From Octopus sinensis (Eukaryota): 64,000 bases of DNA. A model generated the notes under the pieces. It did not search any database, was not told where the DNA came from, and worked only from the letters and a program-made list of their open reading frames with translations. The stretch's first letter is position 1. Each line of letters starts with the position of its first letter. The translations under genes and the position numbers were made by a program. Positions 1 to 14,420 of the stretch are shown piece after piece. Location: the NCBI RefSeq assembly GCF_006345805.1, contig NC_042997.1:121334001-121398000 (forward strand). Reading direction: 5' to 3'.

Positions 1-136
1 CTAGAGAAGTGGGCAATCAAACGACAAGTGCAATATGATTACACATTTAATTCTCATACTTCAAAAAGCAAACACCAAAAGAAATTTGAGAAATTATTCC
101 TAGACATAAATAATTTATAAGTATTTTAGAATAGGG

Positions 137-254
137 TGTATGTATGTATGTATGTATGTATGTATGTATGTATGTATGTATGTATGTATGTATGTATGTA
201 TGTATGTATGTATGTATGTATGTATGCATGTATGTATGTATGTATGTATGTATA
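137..254. repeat. (TATG)n microsatellite
   Basis: Directly visible. Confidence 0.97.
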
Positions 255-267
255 TACACACACAAAT

Positions 268-487
268 GGAGGGTGAAATGTTCCTGGCTTTAAGAGTATC
301 ACGAAAGGCCTGGGTCGAAGCCCAAACTTCTGAGTTCTTTTACAGGGTTTAGAAAAAGACTGAAGGACTGCTGCAAAAAGTGTGTGAATCTGAGAGGGGA
401 ATATGTTGAATAAAATCATAATCAAAATTAACTTATCATCCTGGAATTTCTTTTACGCATAGCCCGGAACTTCCCGGGAAAGCCTCT
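268..487 (+). mobile_element. Degenerate mariner-derived MITE
   Basis: TIR-like ends GAGGGTGAAATGTTCCTGGCTTT / TAGCCCGGAACTTCCCGGGAAAGCCTC. The interior resembles a mariner transposase C-terminus (..KKCVNLRGEYVE*). Confidence 0.65.
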
Positions 488-499
488 TATATATATATA

Positions 500-534
<35 letters not shown>

Positions 535-2418
535 CGAGAGTATGTAGAATATTTGACTCTATGGGTAGTTTTAACTTATTTGTGTACAGAATGTGATGAC
601 ATATGATTTCTTTCGTTTCTTCTTTCCATTTGGAATGCATTGAAGATTGGTGCAGAAAAATCGAGAACCCATATCTTACAAACACGCTGTATGAGGGATG
701 CAATCAATATGTTGTCTTTACACCATATTAATCGTCTCTTGTCGAATCGTGTTATTTGAGACAACTTTGAACCTAATCCTATCTTTCCTTCTTCCATTAA
801 AATATATTCCTTATACTACATTTTTGATGTTGTGTATTATTCTGTTTGATGTTTTCATGGGTTGCACTTTAAGTCTGATATTTTGGACTAAGGGTTTCTC
901 GGTTATTATTGTATTGCGGTTATAACTGACCATCTTCTACTTGTGGCAAGATCTGTGTATGACGTCAATTGCATGTGAAGCTGTGTGCTTGTTTTCAGAA
1001 AGTGTAGAAAGCTCGTAAATTTATTACAAATAGAAAGGGGGAGTGAAAATATCTTTGTCGTACACTGTTCTGAGCAGAGTTGTTCTTGTGCACTACACCT
1101 TCTCGACTACCTAACATAAAGTTTGCCGTTGTATTTGAATCACAAGCCATTGCATTTAAAATGCAAACAATGTTGGTCTCGTTTCTTTTTTGTATTCTGC
1201 GGATCAATAAAATAAATAAGAGTCAAGTTGTGACATGATTTAATTTGTTGTGCTAACCCAATAATATGACAATGTTTGAAATCAATATATTAATATATTT
1301 TGTTTGTATAGCTTGTGTTAAGTTATTGAATATATTAATATGAAAAATAGATTCGGGAATATATAATGGATGTGACTGAAAGGCAGTAGTTACAAAAAAG
1401 AAAATACGTGATTGCTGTATTAATGTTTGCTTAGTTTATGCAGATAGCATTTCTATTAACATACCACTTCAAATATCGACATCTATGATGTCTTAATGTC
1501 CTCTATCCCTGTACATGTACTAGAAGGAGAAGACCACATTGCACCAAATGAAAGAGTTGAACTTAGGTGTGCAAATTTGCATAAAATATCAATTGTACAG
1601 AGCTGCCGCAACGTAAGACGACGTTGATCGATATCCGCAGGACGTAGTCAGTTGGGTTTATAAAGTTCATAAATTCCTATCTAATACTATGTACAACTTC
1701 CTATGATATCACCAATAATTTGGTTTTTGCATTTCAAGTCAGGAAAACTGTCCTGTTTTCGCATTTTATTAATTCTTTTGAGTATCAAAAATATGAGTGA
1801 TAAATATCAATTCTAGAAGACTAATTTAGAATATTCTACCGCTATCAAGAATGCAATTTTCCAAATCGTACGGGCCAATATTTAATGATGATGATGATGC
1901 CTATGAATTACAACATGGCTGTGATATATTCTGCTGATATTTACAAACGTATTTCAATTCAATCAAATAATTATAGCAGTTAATACTAAGTTGTCTACTA
2001 TTTATCGCAAATATCAAAGCTACAAATCTTACAAAAAAAAAAAAAAGTATTTCTATACCGAAAATACATACATCAAAGTTTCCGGCTATAAACAAAAAAA
2101 ATATCCATTTATTATCATCAAGTTTGCCATTTTCTCCTCTATTCAATATTTTTTGTCCATCGTTGCACATCCTTTAATGCTTACGTTATATTATTTTGTT
2201 TCCGCTTCTTTCTTTCTTTCCTTCATCCTTTCTTTCTTTTTGTCTTTCATACTTTTATCTTATCTACTTTTCTTCTTTTTTTTTTTGTATTCTTAACTTT
2301 TGTGTTGAGACGATATCATTAGGATAGAAAACGCTATTCAAAACAACAGTAATAGATATTTCCATGATAGACACAGACACACGCGCACAGACTTGCCCAT
2401 ATCAATCTGTATGGATAC

Positions 2419-2552
2419 ATACATACATGCATACATACACACATACATACATACATACATACATACATACATACATACATACATACATACATACAACATA
2501 TATACATACATCTATACATACATACATATATCTATATCTATCTATCTATCTA

Positions 2553-2599
<47 letters not shown>

Positions 2600-3126
2600 A
2601 TATTTATAAATATGTATGAATGTATTATGCATATATATATACATATATGTATATATGTATGTATATGTATGTATACATATATATACATCTATACATTCAT
2701 GTGTGTGTATATATATACATTTATGCAAATATATACATATATATATAACGATATATATGTATGCATACACACATATATATGTATGTGAGTATGCACGTAT
2801 GTATGTATATATATATATGTAGGTGGATAGATAGACTGAGAGATAGATAGATAGATTTACACATGCACACACACACACACAAACACACATATATATATAT
2901 ATATGTACATAAGTACTCTGTGTATCTATATATGTACGCATATATATATACATATATGCTTGAATATGTACGTATATATGTGTATCTACATTAGTATATA
3001 TATATGTGTGTGCGTGTGTATTTATACATGTTCATTTATGTGTTCATGCATGTATGTATATATAGCGTGTATGCGTTATCCATATGCACACATACACATG
3101 CGCGCATGCACACACACACACACACG

Positions 3127-3211
<85 letters not shown>
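2419..3211. repeat. Compound (CATA)n/(ATCT)n/(AT)n/(CA)n microsatellite field
   Basis: Directly visible; accounts for the IY/HT-repeat ORFs. Confidence 0.95.
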
Positions 3212-3213
<2 letters not shown>

Positions 3214-4283
3214 ACTTGAGATGAAAAGAAATGCTATTTGATTTATCACTTTAAAGAGTTAAAGCTCGTTATAAATTGCAGAAGTATAACAGTCTTCGAC
3301 TGACTGCTTGTTGACTACACGTTTTCGCTTTTTTACATGTTTGTTTTTTTGTCTCCTTTTATTTTCGTTACATCGTGTGTGTTGTGTGTATGGTCTACTT
3401 AATATAACATAATAAAGATACGGAATCACTTCCATCAAAAGACTGCGATACTTTGAAATTATAAAACTAGTGCTACAACACTAGATGTAATAAATTCCAT
3501 AGAGCAAGATGTAAGTTTCTGGATCGAAGTAACTCGTTAACAGCAATTCGCCTAATTTACACAAATGAGAAATTATGAGCGTTATACATCGGCAATCGTC
3601 CATATTTAAAACTTGCTGTTGCTTTTGGAATTTACAGTATATTTCAGACTTTTTATTTCGTTCAATACTTTATTTTGAAGATAGAGTTTTGATTTTATCA
3701 TTATGGTGGAGACAGATACTTAATCCATTAATGAACTTATATATTGTTACTATTGACACAACTGGTTATGTAAATATGCGTTGTCTCGACAGATTCTATT
3801 ATCTGAAATAACTAAGAAATATCAGCGGCTGCAAACGATAGTTGAGTTTCATCCGCCGGCTTAATGTTTAAATGTTTAAACTATGCACCAAGTAATGTAT
3901 TTATTTATTTATAGATGGAACATTCATAGGTTGTGTAGTACGAAGCGATTAGAGTCAAACTATTGTTATAAAATTTTATAAAACTGTTTTATATCTGTAA
4001 ATCTTGCATACGAAATTAATAGGTGTATATTATCGACAATAATATGCGTTTCAATTTTCACTCTTCACCATCAAATATAAAATAATGGATATATACCGAC
4101 GTATATCTGTATGTATATGTAGTTAGATAAATACACACATACACATACGCACGATCACTTACACACATGTATATACATGTATGTGTGAGTTTGTGTGCGT
4201 GTGTGTGTATGTGTTTGAGTGTATGTGCGAGTGTTTATGTGTGTATGTATGTAAAATATATGCATGCAGCTTTTATTCTTTAG

Positions 4284-4350
4284 TTGTAAAAGCGCGTGAC
4301 TCAAGAGAACATGTTTCGTGTGTTGCATTTAAACAACTACAAAATAAACG
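4284..4350 (+). other. Candidate 67-nt exon
   Basis: Acceptor TTTTATTCTTTAG|T and donor CG|GTAAGA. Only one frame is open: VKARDSREHVSCVAFKQLQNK. Confidence 0.2.
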
Positions 4351-4796
4351 GTAAGAACTCGCATTGTGTAGAATATGTAATTCACTTTCAATACTTTTGT
4401 CAAAGTATCATTAAAGAGACACGTGACAAAGCAATGTTTTTTTAATTCCAACTATTAAGCAGACAAAAAGAATGACTAACATAAAAGCCAAATAAGATAT
4501 TTTATGATATGTATTTTGTTTTCTATTATTTTGTTATCAGTTTCAGTCAGAAGCAGTGACCAACGGGCTACACTTCAAAAGTATACAAGATCAACAACAA
4601 ATTGGAATAAGGGAAATAAACTACATCTGTATGGTGATATGATTTGAGTGTTTAGTACAAAACGTAGTGTTTAGGTATAATAAACAGAATGAGAATGAAT
4701 GAATATATCAAGCCCCTCTTTTTGAGGAAATAGCTTTTTGATCAGTGACTATCTACCAAGCAATCGAATGGAGCTTCTTGCTCCAGCCGAAAAGCA

Positions 4797-4989
<193 letters not shown>

Positions 4990-5158
4990 CTGCGCGCGCA
5001 TGTGTTTGTAGCGGCACTGTTTCAGATATATCAGCAGTTATCCTCTGTAGATCATAGCAAAGTTTTTTTTAAATAAGCAACTTATATGAGGTACTATAAT
5101 TCTTTTGCACTGAACATGAAGCTTCCAATATGGACAGATGATTAGCCAATGTTTTGTA

Positions 5159-5565
5159 CGAGGGTGAGTCAAAAAGTAATACCATTTTGTTTAGGAAAGG
5201 TATAATTACCAACACATGAACATATATCTTACATCAAAATGAAGCTGGCATAATGATTGCCTCTCAAACCCTCTTTCATGGGGCCGAAGAGATGATAATT
5301 TGAAGGCGCTAAATTATTCCAGTGACGAGGAAGTGAAAACTGTAGTGCAGAAGTGGCTCAAAGAACAGTCAACAGAATTTCACGGGGCAGGGATGCAAGC
5401 TCTCATTTGAAGGTGGAACACTGCTATTGAGAAAAACCATGACTATGTCGAGAAGTAGGGATGTGATACACAGAGGACCAACTTCATTTTGATGTATAAC
5501 TCATGAACTTGTTTATAATAATACCTGTCCTAAACAAAATGGCATTACTTTTTGACTCACCCTCG
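5159..5565 (+). mobile_element. Internally deleted mariner element (407 bp) with TA target-site duplication (TSD)
   Basis: ~38-bp TIRs CGAGGGTGAGTCAAAAAGTAAT(A/G)CCATTTTGTTTAGGA; TA at 5157-5158 and 5566-5567; residual peptide YSSDEEVKTVVQKWLKEQSTEFHGAGMQALI*RWNTAIEKNHDYVEK*. Confidence 0.93.
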
Positions 5566-6301
5566 TATATATGAAAGTATCGTAATTAGATATTGTGCAA
5601 AGATTAGGATTTTAAGTCTGTTTCAGAGAATCTGCTGTGTTTTATTCGTACCTAGACATAAAACAAGGCAAAACTTTTTTTATTCATATGGCTAAGGATT
5701 GTGTCGAGGGTCTCTTTAATATGACTGTTGGAAATGATGTAATTAAAAAACTGCAACAATGGTCTGAAGTGTGTGAAATAACTAAAGAGAGAAACACTGA
5801 TGTGGTAGTGTGTGTAAAAGTAAAACAAGACGTATTTACAGAATACAGAAAGAATGTGGTGAGCATAAATAGAAGCTGAAATATAGACGATTAGATATAA
5901 CGGATATCGATTACAGCCTCAGCTTTCCTGTCGTTCATTAACACATTTACATAAGAAAATAATATTAGCAGCGATAATTTTACATGTTGCACCTGTTAAT
6001 ATATTTCGAGAAGAAAATTAATTCATTGTAGTGATTTGATATTTCACAATAGAACATAATTTTGTTCTAATCGATTAAAACAGTGTGATTTCTGCTAGTA
6101 ACTAAAACAAGAAAACACAAGAGAGTTCTATTCATTTCTTGACACGGATTATAGAAACAATTTATTCTTTAATTAAATGAAATCTCCTTCTCTGTGATAA
6201 TATATACAATATATGCTAACACTCATATGCAAATAATCCAACTTATAACGAAACTTCAATTATAGCACACACGTACATACTTGTTTTTATTACATGTATG
6301 T

Positions 6302-6909
6302 AAGGCGGCGAGCTGGCAGAAACGTTAGCACACCGGGCGAAATGCGTAGCCATTACGTTCTTAGTTCAGATTCCGCCGAGGTCGACTTTGCCTTTCATCC
6401 TTTCGGAGTCGATTAAATAAGTACCAGTTACGCACTGGTGTCGATATAATCGACTTAATCTGTTTGTCTGTCCTTGTTTGTTCTCTCTGTGTTTAGCCCC
6501 TTGTGGGTAGTAAAGAAATAGGTATTTCATCTGCCGTTACGTTCTGAGTTCAAATTCCGCCGAGGTCGACTTTGCCTTCCAGCCTTTCGGGAGTCAATTA
6601 AATAAGTAGCGGTTACGCACTGGGGTCGATATAATCGACTTAATACCTTTCTCTGTTCTTGTTTGTCTCCTATGTGTGTAGCCCCTTGAGGGTAGTAAAG
6701 ACATAAGATTCGTTAGCACACTGGACGAAATGCTTAGCGGCATTTCTCTCATCGCCTTCTTCTGAGTTGAAATTCCACCAATGTCAACTTTGCCTTTCAT
6801 CCTTTTGGGGTCGATAAATCAAGTGCCAGTTGTTTATCTGGGTTGATCAAATCGACACGACGCCACTCCCAAATTTCAGACCTTGAGTTCATAGTAAAAA
6901 GGATTAATA
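6302..6909 (+). mobile_element. Tandem array of about three copies of one SINE family
   Basis: Repeated GTTC(TG)AGTTCAAATTCCGCCGAGGTCGACTTTGCCTTTCATCCTTTCGG..GTCGA..AAATAAGTACCAG. Other degenerate copies lie at ~15651-16190, ~18520-18720 (-), ~23143-23310 (-) and ~29046-29250. Confidence 0.8.
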
Positions 6910-7130
6910 TATATAAATTGGTTTGTGTGTCTTTGACATTATACTTACGTTTTATTTTTATATAAATATTTCATATATGTGACATAATATAGACATGCCT
7001 ATACATTCATACGCGTCTTCATACATATAGCTAATGTGTACATATTCGCATGAGAATAATTTTTTCCCCCGGTGTGTATGTATCTTTATATATACGTATG
7101 TTTATAGTATATATATATATATATATATAT

Positions 7131-7438
7131 ATCACCGTGATCATCGTGACCGACCAGGCTATCAGATGTTGCTACACACCGCTGGTCACAATGCGCTTCG
7201 CATTATTTAGCCTTCAAATGACGCCACCCGTTGACTAGGCGAGCAGGCCAACAGAAGAAAGAGTGAGAGAAATTTGTAGCGAAAGAGTACAGCAGGGACC
7301 ACCACCACCCCCTGCCGACTCGTGGAGCTTTAGGTGTTTTCGCTCAATAAACACTCACAACAACCGGTGTGGGAAACGAAACCGCGATCCTACGACCGCG
7401 AGTCCGCTGCCCTAACCACTGGGCCATTGCACCTCCAC
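7131..7438 (-). mobile_element. tRNA-derived SINE (head H1 + tail T1)
   Basis: Minus strand begins GTGGAGGTGCAATGGCCCAGTGGTTAGG (A box) ..GGTTTCGTTTCCC (B box-like); the tail ends GCCTGGTCGGTCACGATG. Confidence 0.85.
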
Positions 7439-7467
7439 ACACACACACACCACACACACACACACAC

Positions 7468-7549
<82 letters not shown>

Positions 7550-7560
7550 TATGCTATAAT

Positions 7561-7726
7561 AGGCGTAGGTGTGGCTGTGTGGTAAGTAGCTTGCTTCCCA
7601 ACCACATGGTTGTGGTTCAATCCCACTGCGCGGCACCTTCTTGGGCAAGTGTCTTCTACTATAGCCTCGAACCGACCAAAGCCTTGTGAGTTGATTTGGT
7701 AAGCAGAAACTCAAAGAAGCCCGTTG

Positions 7727-7759
<33 letters not shown>

Positions 7760-8022
7760 TTGTCTGTGTGTGTGTGTCTGTGTGTGTGTGTGTGTGTTTG
7801 TGTGTGTTTGTGTGTGTGTATGTGTATATATATTTGTGTGTCTGTGTTTGTCTCCCCCAACATTGCAGGTGTGTTTACGTCCCCGTAACTTAGCGCTTCG
7901 GCAAGAGAGCCCGATAGAATAGGCTTACAAAGAATAAGTCCTGGCATCAATTTGCTCTACTAAAGGCGGTGCTCCAACATGGCCACAGTCAAATGACTGA
8001 AACAAATAAAAAAGCAAAAGAG
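7561..8022 (+). mobile_element. tRNA-derived SINE with internal (TG)n microsatellite
   Basis: GTGGCTGTGTGGTAAG..GGTTCAATCCCACTG head; tail GGCGGTGCTCCAACATGGCCACAGTCAAATGACTGAAAC. Same family at 26134-26563, 34598-35016 (-) and 43240-43869. Confidence 0.85.
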
Positions 8023-9097
8023 TATACATATATTTATATATTAATGAACATACATATGCATGCGTGTGTGCGAAACATGAATGTTTCTATTTTATGTGCG
8101 TATATATGTGAGAATTTGCTTGAAGATTTGTAAATAGGCTCACGTGCGAGTTTATATGACTTAATTTCTTCCGCATAGGAATATGTCAATATGGTTTCCC
8201 ATAAAGTTACAACATTTCCCTTATAATAGCAGTGGTGTCTTAGCATTTTCAGGAAGTTACATCTCTTTTATGAATCACAAATGCCTTTGCTTCTTTAGAA
8301 TTATTTCATATTCTGAATACAAAAATTAAATTCCAAATGTGACATTTGCTATTTCAAATTTCATTTGTTAATCTCCAATATTCAAATTCTTCAGAGTGTA
8401 TTACCTGTTGTTGGGTTACCAATTACATTCGTTTCGAAGGAGTAGAATATATGAAAAGTTTTAATATTCATGTATTTTTGGCAATATAGTTTCCTGATTT
8501 ATGAAATCGAAACTGCGTATATAATTCTACTCATGCTTTCATTTTCAATGTGCAGTTCTAAATTTAAATCGACATTTCTCCGATACAGTACATATATACG
8601 AAAGGAATAATGATAATAAAAAAATATCTCAAAAAAATAATCGAAGCATATTCCTCTATTCTCCAGGATTATGTGCTCAAACTTGAATGTATATGGTCTT
8701 GTATTTTGCCATAGCATATAATTTGAAATTATTAATGGATTTCCTCAAAAGCAATTCTTCATTCGAGCCATATACGTGGAATAAATATTCATTCGATTCT
8801 GCGCTTCAAAATCGTGTGTGTATATTTGAATGTGTGAGCATGTGTATGCATGTACGTATATTTGTAAATTATTGCCATAATACACACGCATAAAGTAGTA
8901 ATATAGCATTTCAACATGTCATAGCACCAATTTCAAGTCGATAGCCTAATTAATTTTAAAGCGGTTAGATTAGAAATACATAGGGAATATGCTCACCACC
9001 ATAAATATTTGCATTCTCAAGCACATAAAACTCATATGCGCACGATACCATCATACATGCATACATGTACGCGTAAGTTACGTTTTGAAATTTCGTT

Positions 9098-9108
9098 ATA
9101 TATATATA

Positions 9109-9184
<76 letters not shown>

Positions 9185-9376
9185 ATATATATATATATAT
9201 ACATATATATACGTACATATATAAACACATATATATACATATATATATATATAATACATATATATATATATATAATACATATATATACATGTATATATAC
9301 ACATATAATATATGCATATATATATACATATATATACATATATATATACATTCATATGGATATATATACATGTACT

Positions 9377-9407
<31 letters not shown>

Positions 9408-9437
9408 GTATACATACATATACATATATATATATAC

Positions 9438-9486
<49 letters not shown>

Positions 9487-9545
9487 ATATATATTATATA
9501 TATATATATATATAATATATATATATACTATATATATATATATAT

Positions 9546-9583
<38 letters not shown>
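9098..9583. repeat. Long interrupted (AT)n tract
   Basis: Directly visible. Similar tracts lie at 10530-10650, 32016-32410 and 33975-34117. Confidence 0.97.
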
Positions 9584-9590
<7 letters not shown>

Positions 9591-10541
9591 TTAAAATTAC
9601 CAAGTCCCTCTAAAAGAGATTACAGCAGCGTTACTGGAAATTAATTGTTATCGCCTTAATATGGCGATAACAATTAATATATATATATATATGTATAGCG
9701 TGAGGGCTTCGAAAGGAAGTAACCTTTATTGAAATATTTGAAATTTATGACAGTCCTTCATACTCTCTGTATAATGTATAATTCTTATAGAGTCATTATG
9801 CAAAATACAACTTACACGGTTACACCCCCCGCCCTAAGCATAATTTTCCAGATTCTTACTTACACTGTATGAGAAGATTGAATTACTTTTACAATGTGAA
9901 GGAAAAGAAAACCTGTAGGAGAGATGAAACTTATTTTGACTTAGTCTTTGACCCCAAATATTAGGATTCGCTTCTTCCAATGTCAAATGTAATTAATCTA
10001 ACTCCATGAATACAATGTTTGTCTACGATGACCTCCGCGTACACTCCATAAAATTTCGTTTCATATTAGTTATAATTTTAACCAGGTGCACGAATTAGAG
10101 TCTGTGTACGATTGTAAATATATAATCTGGTTTAAAATGATTTGCAGTTTAACATAAATGTTAATCTCGAGCTAGTTTGCAACCAAATACTATCAGTCAG
10201 TAGGAGGCTAATCTTCGAAAAATGTCTGGTTGTCACTACCAAGCATTTCTAACCGGTTATGAATAAATTTTCCAGTCTAACACAACTGCACAAGATTCTT
10301 CGTAATACCGATTCAATGAATGCATGTATATATGCATAAGTAATGTGCGTATGCATGCATGTATGACTGTATGCAGGCTAGTATGTATATGCATTATACG
10401 TATATACACATATAGAGAAAGAACGGGTGCTCAAATAGGACCAACCATGGGCACTGGACCAGAAATATTACATAGAGACCTCTGATGGATTATCGCATCT
10501 CCATGGCCTGAAACGGCTAGTAGTGCACATTAGTATATATG

Positions 10542-10638
<97 letters not shown>

Positions 10639-10646
10639 ATATATAC

Positions 10647-10683
<37 letters not shown>

Positions 10684-10684
10684 T

Positions 10685-10792
<108 letters not shown>

Positions 10793-11003
10793 TAGATATA
10801 GATATAGATGTATATATACATGTATATATATATATAAATCAAATGAAGAAAAACACAATTCCTTCAAAGCAATGTAAAACATCCAATTTACTGGTACATC
10901 AGTTGAATACAACAGATAAAAGGGTATAATTATTACATACAAATACTAAATGCACTAGAGAAATACAATTGACATATTAAAATTTTTATACAACATAATA
11001 TAA

Positions 11004-11399
11004 TCTTTATATATAAAAGTGAAGTTGTGTGTCTGTCTCCTACGTTTTAGATTCCTAACTACTCCCACATTTTGCGGTGCAGTTTAACCAAAACCGGGTA
11101 TCTTATAGTCGCTATTCATATCGAGCCCTTCTGGGTATTAGCGCGCGTCTACGATGAGTCTACGATTTAAAAAAAAATTACCATCATTTTTTTCCATTTT
11201 AATGCATTTTTTCGCTATTATATAAGGGAAGTAACTCTCTAAAAATGTCTACGATGAGTCAACGATTTAAAAAAAAATTACCGTCGTTTTTTTTTTCCAT
11301 TTTTAATGCATTTTTTGCTATTTTTCGCTATAACTCTCTAAAAATGCTTATATAGTTATTTCCCTTACAAACCCGAGCAACGCCGGGCGATACTGCTAG
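11004..11399 (+). mobile_element. Non-autonomous Helitron
   Basis: 5' A|TCTTTATATATAAAAGTGAAG; 3' hairpin CCCGAGCAACGCCGGG then CTAG|T. It sits between A and T with no TSD and has an internal ~85-bp tandem duplication. Confidence 0.88.
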
Positions 11400-12129
11400 T
11401 ATACTATAAAAATATGATATGATATACGATAACATTACTTGACATTTTAAAAATAAAACATATAAAGCCAACAATTTCGATTTATAGCTATGATGATTGA
11501 CACAAACGAGAAATTATAATCAGGGTATAATAGCTATAAGCTTCGCATTAATTCTCCATAAATGTTCTCTTTCTCTTGGACTGTTTCCTGTACACTCACA
11601 TATGCGAACATCTGACCTCTACAATAGTGCATAACTTTTGTTCCCTGCCCCACAGAATATAATGTGTATGTATGTATGTATGTATGTATGTATGTATGTA
11701 TGTATGTATGTATGTATGTATGTATGTGTGCGTGTGTATATGTATGTATGTATGTGATGTATGTGTGTATCTGTGCATCTATGTATGCATGTAGTATGTA
11801 TATATATCTGTGTATAAAAAAAGGCACACATATACAACAATGATGATCCCTAGATCAATAAACAGAACATAGCCATAATCAATTAAGAACTTCTAGAACG
11901 CATCCCTTGGACCAATTTTTTAAATGACGACAGACTCATCTTGTGATCTGACCTAATCGGTTGGAATAACGACATTGCTTTTCTCTTTATTATGTTTAGG
12001 GTTCGAGCCACATGCCAGTGGTAAGAAATGTAAACGATAGTAAAAGCAATGCCCTACCGGACAAGACGCTTGGATTTCTTTGAACGTCTCCCCTTCTTTT
12101 TAAGAATTCACGTTCCTTACTAGTTCGTT

Positions 12130-13620
12130 ATTGGAGTTGTATTTCAGACGCGAGATGTGATTGTGTAAGGTTAACCCATAAAAGAAGTGAGTGCAAAAGA
12201 CTCGAAAACCGGCTCAGATAATTGCAGTTGTCCGAGAGATACTGAATATCTGAGAGTGAAACAACGAGGAGCAACAAATTCCGGGCTGTATCTAGACATA
12301 TTGTTCGATAGGTTAGCTGATAGATATAGCGTAACCTGAACAATAACCTTAGAATATATAGATAAGGATACAGTTACTGGAAGTTCAATGTATCTTTCCA
12401 AACGCTCAAAGGATACAAGACTGACATCAAAGTTTAACGACAGTTGACGGAGGCAATCGTCTACAACCAGTTGTGAGGGTCATTGAAGTGAGCGAGAGAC
12501 GCGAAGGCAAAGAGGATCAAGAGAAATACAGGAAGTAGTGAGCCATTTTGCAAGGGCAAAATTATCTAGTTTAGATGGCCTATTCTATGAGTTTTATGGT
12601 TACACACTAGATTTTCTTGGCGATCTCTTGGAAATCATCTACCCCAACTGGCAGCAGAACAGGATGATTTAGACTGCTGAGAAGAGTGCCAATAAAGGAA
12701 ATATAGCCAATTTACTGTCCATAACTTTGCTAAGTACAGAGTTTTAGTGAAGGGTTGGCGGTCGTTGAGTATAATAATCTCAGAGAAGCACAAATATGTC
12801 GGACGCTAACAGATCCATCAAAAACTACTACCTTTTGTGATACCTAATTGATATTACGGGAAACAAATATGGATTTGTTGAATCCCTCACCAATGTCAAT
12901 CACTCGAAAGTTTTTCACGGTGTTGACTATTGCTAAAGTTATAAAAGATGTTGCTTTCGAGCTGTGTCGCAGCAATAATCAGAGGCATTTGCTTGGTTAT
13001 CAGTGAGAACGGCCACCTCTCGGAACAGATTCATATCGCGTGCTATGACCATTGAAAATGTCTTCTTTCCTCCCCTTTGCAAATACTGCCTCTAGAGCAA
13101 TTTTTGTAAAAGCTAGATTTTCTGAAATTGTATCATTCGAAATAGGGTGCGGCAAAGCTGTGCCTGCTGTTGCAATGACCTCACTGTAACAGTGTCAAAC
13201 TCTACGGAAGAGAGAGTGATCGAAACCTGTCTAAGGAAATATGAAGTGGTTTCAGAGCAATGATAAAGCTAGACAAATCATAGACTTGAGGCTTGGCATC
13301 TTAAGTGGCAGGCCTATGCAACCGAACAGTTTAAACTACTTGAGATTTAGTTTTGTTGCCGAAAAGCAGAGGCTGCGCCAAGGGCAATTTACCTGATAGT
13401 GAGCGAGTGTGTCTACTGTCTGTCTGGAAGGTACACTTTTCTACTGTTAATTTCTGTGTAAAGTGAATAACAAAATTTGGCGCCTGGCATCTGAAAAGTA
13501 ACCAGGTGCACGCCACTCTCTACAATTCGAGCGATATGATCCTTCGAGTTAACTTTAGTAATACATAGCAGAGCAGGTACTGTTCAGGTGCGATGAATTC
13601 CTCGAAAAAATTCTAGATGT
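12130..13620 (+). pseudogene. Decayed L1/Tx1-like non-LTR retrotransposon RT region
   Basis: SSLDGLFYEFY (12565-12597; cf. SPGxDGLxxEFY), DFLGDLLEIIYPNWQQN, NLLSITLLSTEF (cf. NFRPITLLN) and NVNHSKVFHGVDY (cf. DQSKAFDRVDH), with many stops and frameshifts. Boundaries are approximate. Confidence 0.75.
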
Positions 13621-14009
13621 CGACGAAGACAATCCAGTTTGCCTGTTTTGAAGAATGCTCAAGATGGCTGGAACTACTTTGAGCAAATTTTTTTATAGAT
13701 TAGAGAATAGCATTAGGCAAGTGCTCATAATCACAGTGATCAGAAGGATCCTGGATCTGTGGGGTTCTTGATATCGCCTTAGTTGATGGTTCTCTAGTAT
13801 CGAGAATATTGTTTCATTCATGTCAATACATGTTTTGCATACAATGTATATTTTAAATTCCAACTCACTCCTTTTTCCCTTCACTGCTTTAAACACTCGC
13901 ACAAATTGTTAGCCGTCTTTGTAAGTCCCCCTCTCATGTGATGCCATTATAGCAAATAAAGAAAATATTATTACTATTAATATTGTTGTTATTTTTTATT
14001 GCTTGTATT

Positions 14010-14350
14010 ATTGAGTTGCTGTTGCTGCTGCTGCTACTGCTACTACAACTACAACTAATGTTACCTTTATATTATTTGCTCACGCTTCTCCGTTTCTTTA
14101 GTTCTTAATCATATTAGTCACGATTGCCATCTTACTCACCATTACTACCACCAAACATGCCCCCGGCAACCATTACGAAATCCACCAACATGACGACGAC
14201 GACCATTACCACCACCACCACAACCACAATCGTCGTCGTCACCACCACAATCACCTTCCCATTATCATCGTCATCGTGTAACTTCTTTAGTATGTGTTCA
14301 TTACATTAGTTACCGTAATTGTCAACATCAATCATCATCATCATCGTCAT

Positions 14351-14398
<48 letters not shown>

Positions 14399-14420
14399 CA
14401 TTAGCAGCAGCGGTAGTTGC
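14010..14420. repeat. Trinucleotide-repeat-rich region including (CAG)n at ~14361-14397
   Basis: GCT/ACT/ACC/CAT/CAG runs. Confidence 0.9.

Noticed and set aside
1460-1625. Short frame PVHVLEGEDHIAPNERVELRCAN, resembling an Ig-domain start, with a GTAAGA donor
   Set aside because: It lacks the conserved Trp, and the best upstream acceptor gives stops in all frames.
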